64,000 bases of DNA from Mobula hypostoma (Eukaryota). The notes beneath the pieces were generated by a model. That model saw only the letters and a list, made by a program, of their open reading frames with translations. It was not told where the DNA came from and did no database searches. Positions 62,501 through 64,000 of the stretch are shown here, piece after piece; position 1 is the first letter of the stretch, and every line of letters begins with the position of its first letter. The DNA is taken from positions 44,270,001 through 44,334,000 of the forward strand of contig NC_086097.1 of the NCBI RefSeq assembly GCF_963921235.1. The letters run 5' to 3'. The position numbers and the translations under genes are program-made.

Positions 62501-62929
62501 AATATATGACTAAACTAATCCCTTCTGCCTGCTCAATGTCCATGTCCCTGCATTCTCTGAACATTCATGTATCTAATTAAAAAGCCTTTTAAATGCCACT
62601 ATCATAATTGCCTCTACTACCAACCCTGGCAGTACATTTCGGATATCACCCACTCTCTGTGCTTAAACAAAACTTTCTTTGCATATCTCCTTTGAACTTA
62701 ACCTCTCTCACCTTAAATGCATATTCTCTGGTATTAGACATTTCTATCCTGGGAAAACTATGCCAGCTATCTACTCTATCTATGCTCTCATAATTGTATA
62801 AACTTCTATTAGATCTCCCCTTAGCCTCTGCCACTCAAGAGAAAATCCAAGTTTGGCCAACCTCTGCTTATTGCATGTGCCCTGTTATCAAGTCAGTACT
62901 CAAGACAACATTCTATTTTATTATAAAAC

Positions 62930-63450
62930 ATATATATGTTCTTGGTCTTCTGCTGCGGTAGCCCACCCCTTCAAGGTTTGACGTGTTGTGTGTTCAGAGA
63001 TGCTCTTCTGCACACCACTGTTGTAACGTGTGGTTATTTGAGTTACTGTCACCTTCCAGTCAGCTTGAGCCAGTCTGGCTATTCTCCTCTGACCTCTCTG
63101 ATTAACAAGGTGCTTTCACACACAGAACTGCCACCCACTGAATGTTCTTTGTTTCCTCACACTACTCTCTGAAACTGTAGACTGTTATGCGTGAAAATAT
63201 CAGGAACTGCAGTTTCTGAGATACTCAAACCACCTTGTCTGGCACCAACAATCATTTGATTGTGAAAGTCAGTTCCACCCCATTCTAATGTTTGGTCTGA
63301 ACAACAACTGAAACTCTTGACCATGGCAGCATGCTTTTATGCATTGAGTTGCTGCCACATGATTGGCTGATTAACTAATTGCATTAACACACTCAGTGGC
63401 TGCTTTATGAGGTACACGTGTACACCTGTTTGTTAATGCAAATGTTCAAT
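62930..63450. mobile_element. Tc1-like non-autonomous DNA transposon remnant
   Basis: CACTCAGTGGCTGCTTTATGAGGTACA resembles Tc1-type TIRs; preceding internal sequence resembles aquatic-vertebrate Tc1 derivatives. Confidence 0.55.
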
Positions 63451-63689
63451 AATTGTCCTGTGATTAAACTAGGTGGGTTGCTGGGCAGCACAGCTTGTTG
63501 GGCCAGAATGGCCTGTTCTGTGCTGTATCTCTAAATAAAATTTAAGAAAAACATTTGTACATTGCTTTCAATAATATTAATTCAGGCTTTATTAATGAAC
63601 CATCAGTTAGTTATTATTTTTAATGCACATGAAGACACTTGTTATAGGGCAACCTTACTTATGAATTTCTGAATAATTCATCTTAATTC

Positions 63690-64000
63690 TGTTACGAGAA
63701 TACACATAAAATTAAGATGTTTGCTGGCCTGGGCTAGCATCAGTGGCATCAGCAGTTGGTCTGCCACCTGCCCTCAGGGGAAGGAGAGATAAGGAACAAT
63801 GGAGCAGCGTCTGGAGATGTGTAATGAAGGGATGTGGGAGGAAGAGCTGTCTGGAGCGGCTCCCCCCTTTGAACCCTGAACTGTTTGAAGTGATGGACAG
63901 GCGATACCCCAGCAGGGGGATAAAAAGGGACAGGTTCGCTAAGACAGACACACACGCCACCCGAGGTAACGAGACCCTGGAAGCGGTGCGCTTCTCACGA
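63690..64000 (+). mobile_element. LTR (5' part; runs off the window), same family as 1452-2292
   Basis: Starts TGTTACG; GATGGACAGGCGATACCCCAGCAGGGGGATAAAA...CAGGTTCGCTAAG matches the reverse complement of about 2020-2150. Confidence 0.85.

Overview
Repeat-dominated vertebrate genomic DNA, most likely from a cartilaginous fish (ray or shark), inferred from the V-SINE/HE1-type SINEs and CR1, Rex1 and Penelope families. Nearly every ORF in the track is a decayed retroelement frame or its antisense shadow. The window holds a full-length but dead Mag-type Gypsy element (9474-13931) with 138-bp LTRs, a tRNA-Leu PBS, a PPT and a 5-bp TSD. It also holds two further decayed Gypsy elements, solo or partial LTRs, an RTE LINE, many CR1 and Rex1/Babar LINE pieces (often nested), V-SINEs and four classes of DNA-transposon MITE. 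The most interesting system is a Penelope-like (GIY-YIG) family whose terminal repeat carries a minimal hammerhead-ribozyme motif (CTGANGA-A-stem II-GAAA-CGT-C). That repeat also spreads alone as 120-230-bp, often fold-back, mini-elements with 12-18-bp target duplications. Host-gene evidence is limited to a weak pair of + strand candidate exons at 58274-58534 and 60447-60475. No rRNA, tRNA gene or CRISPR array is supported.
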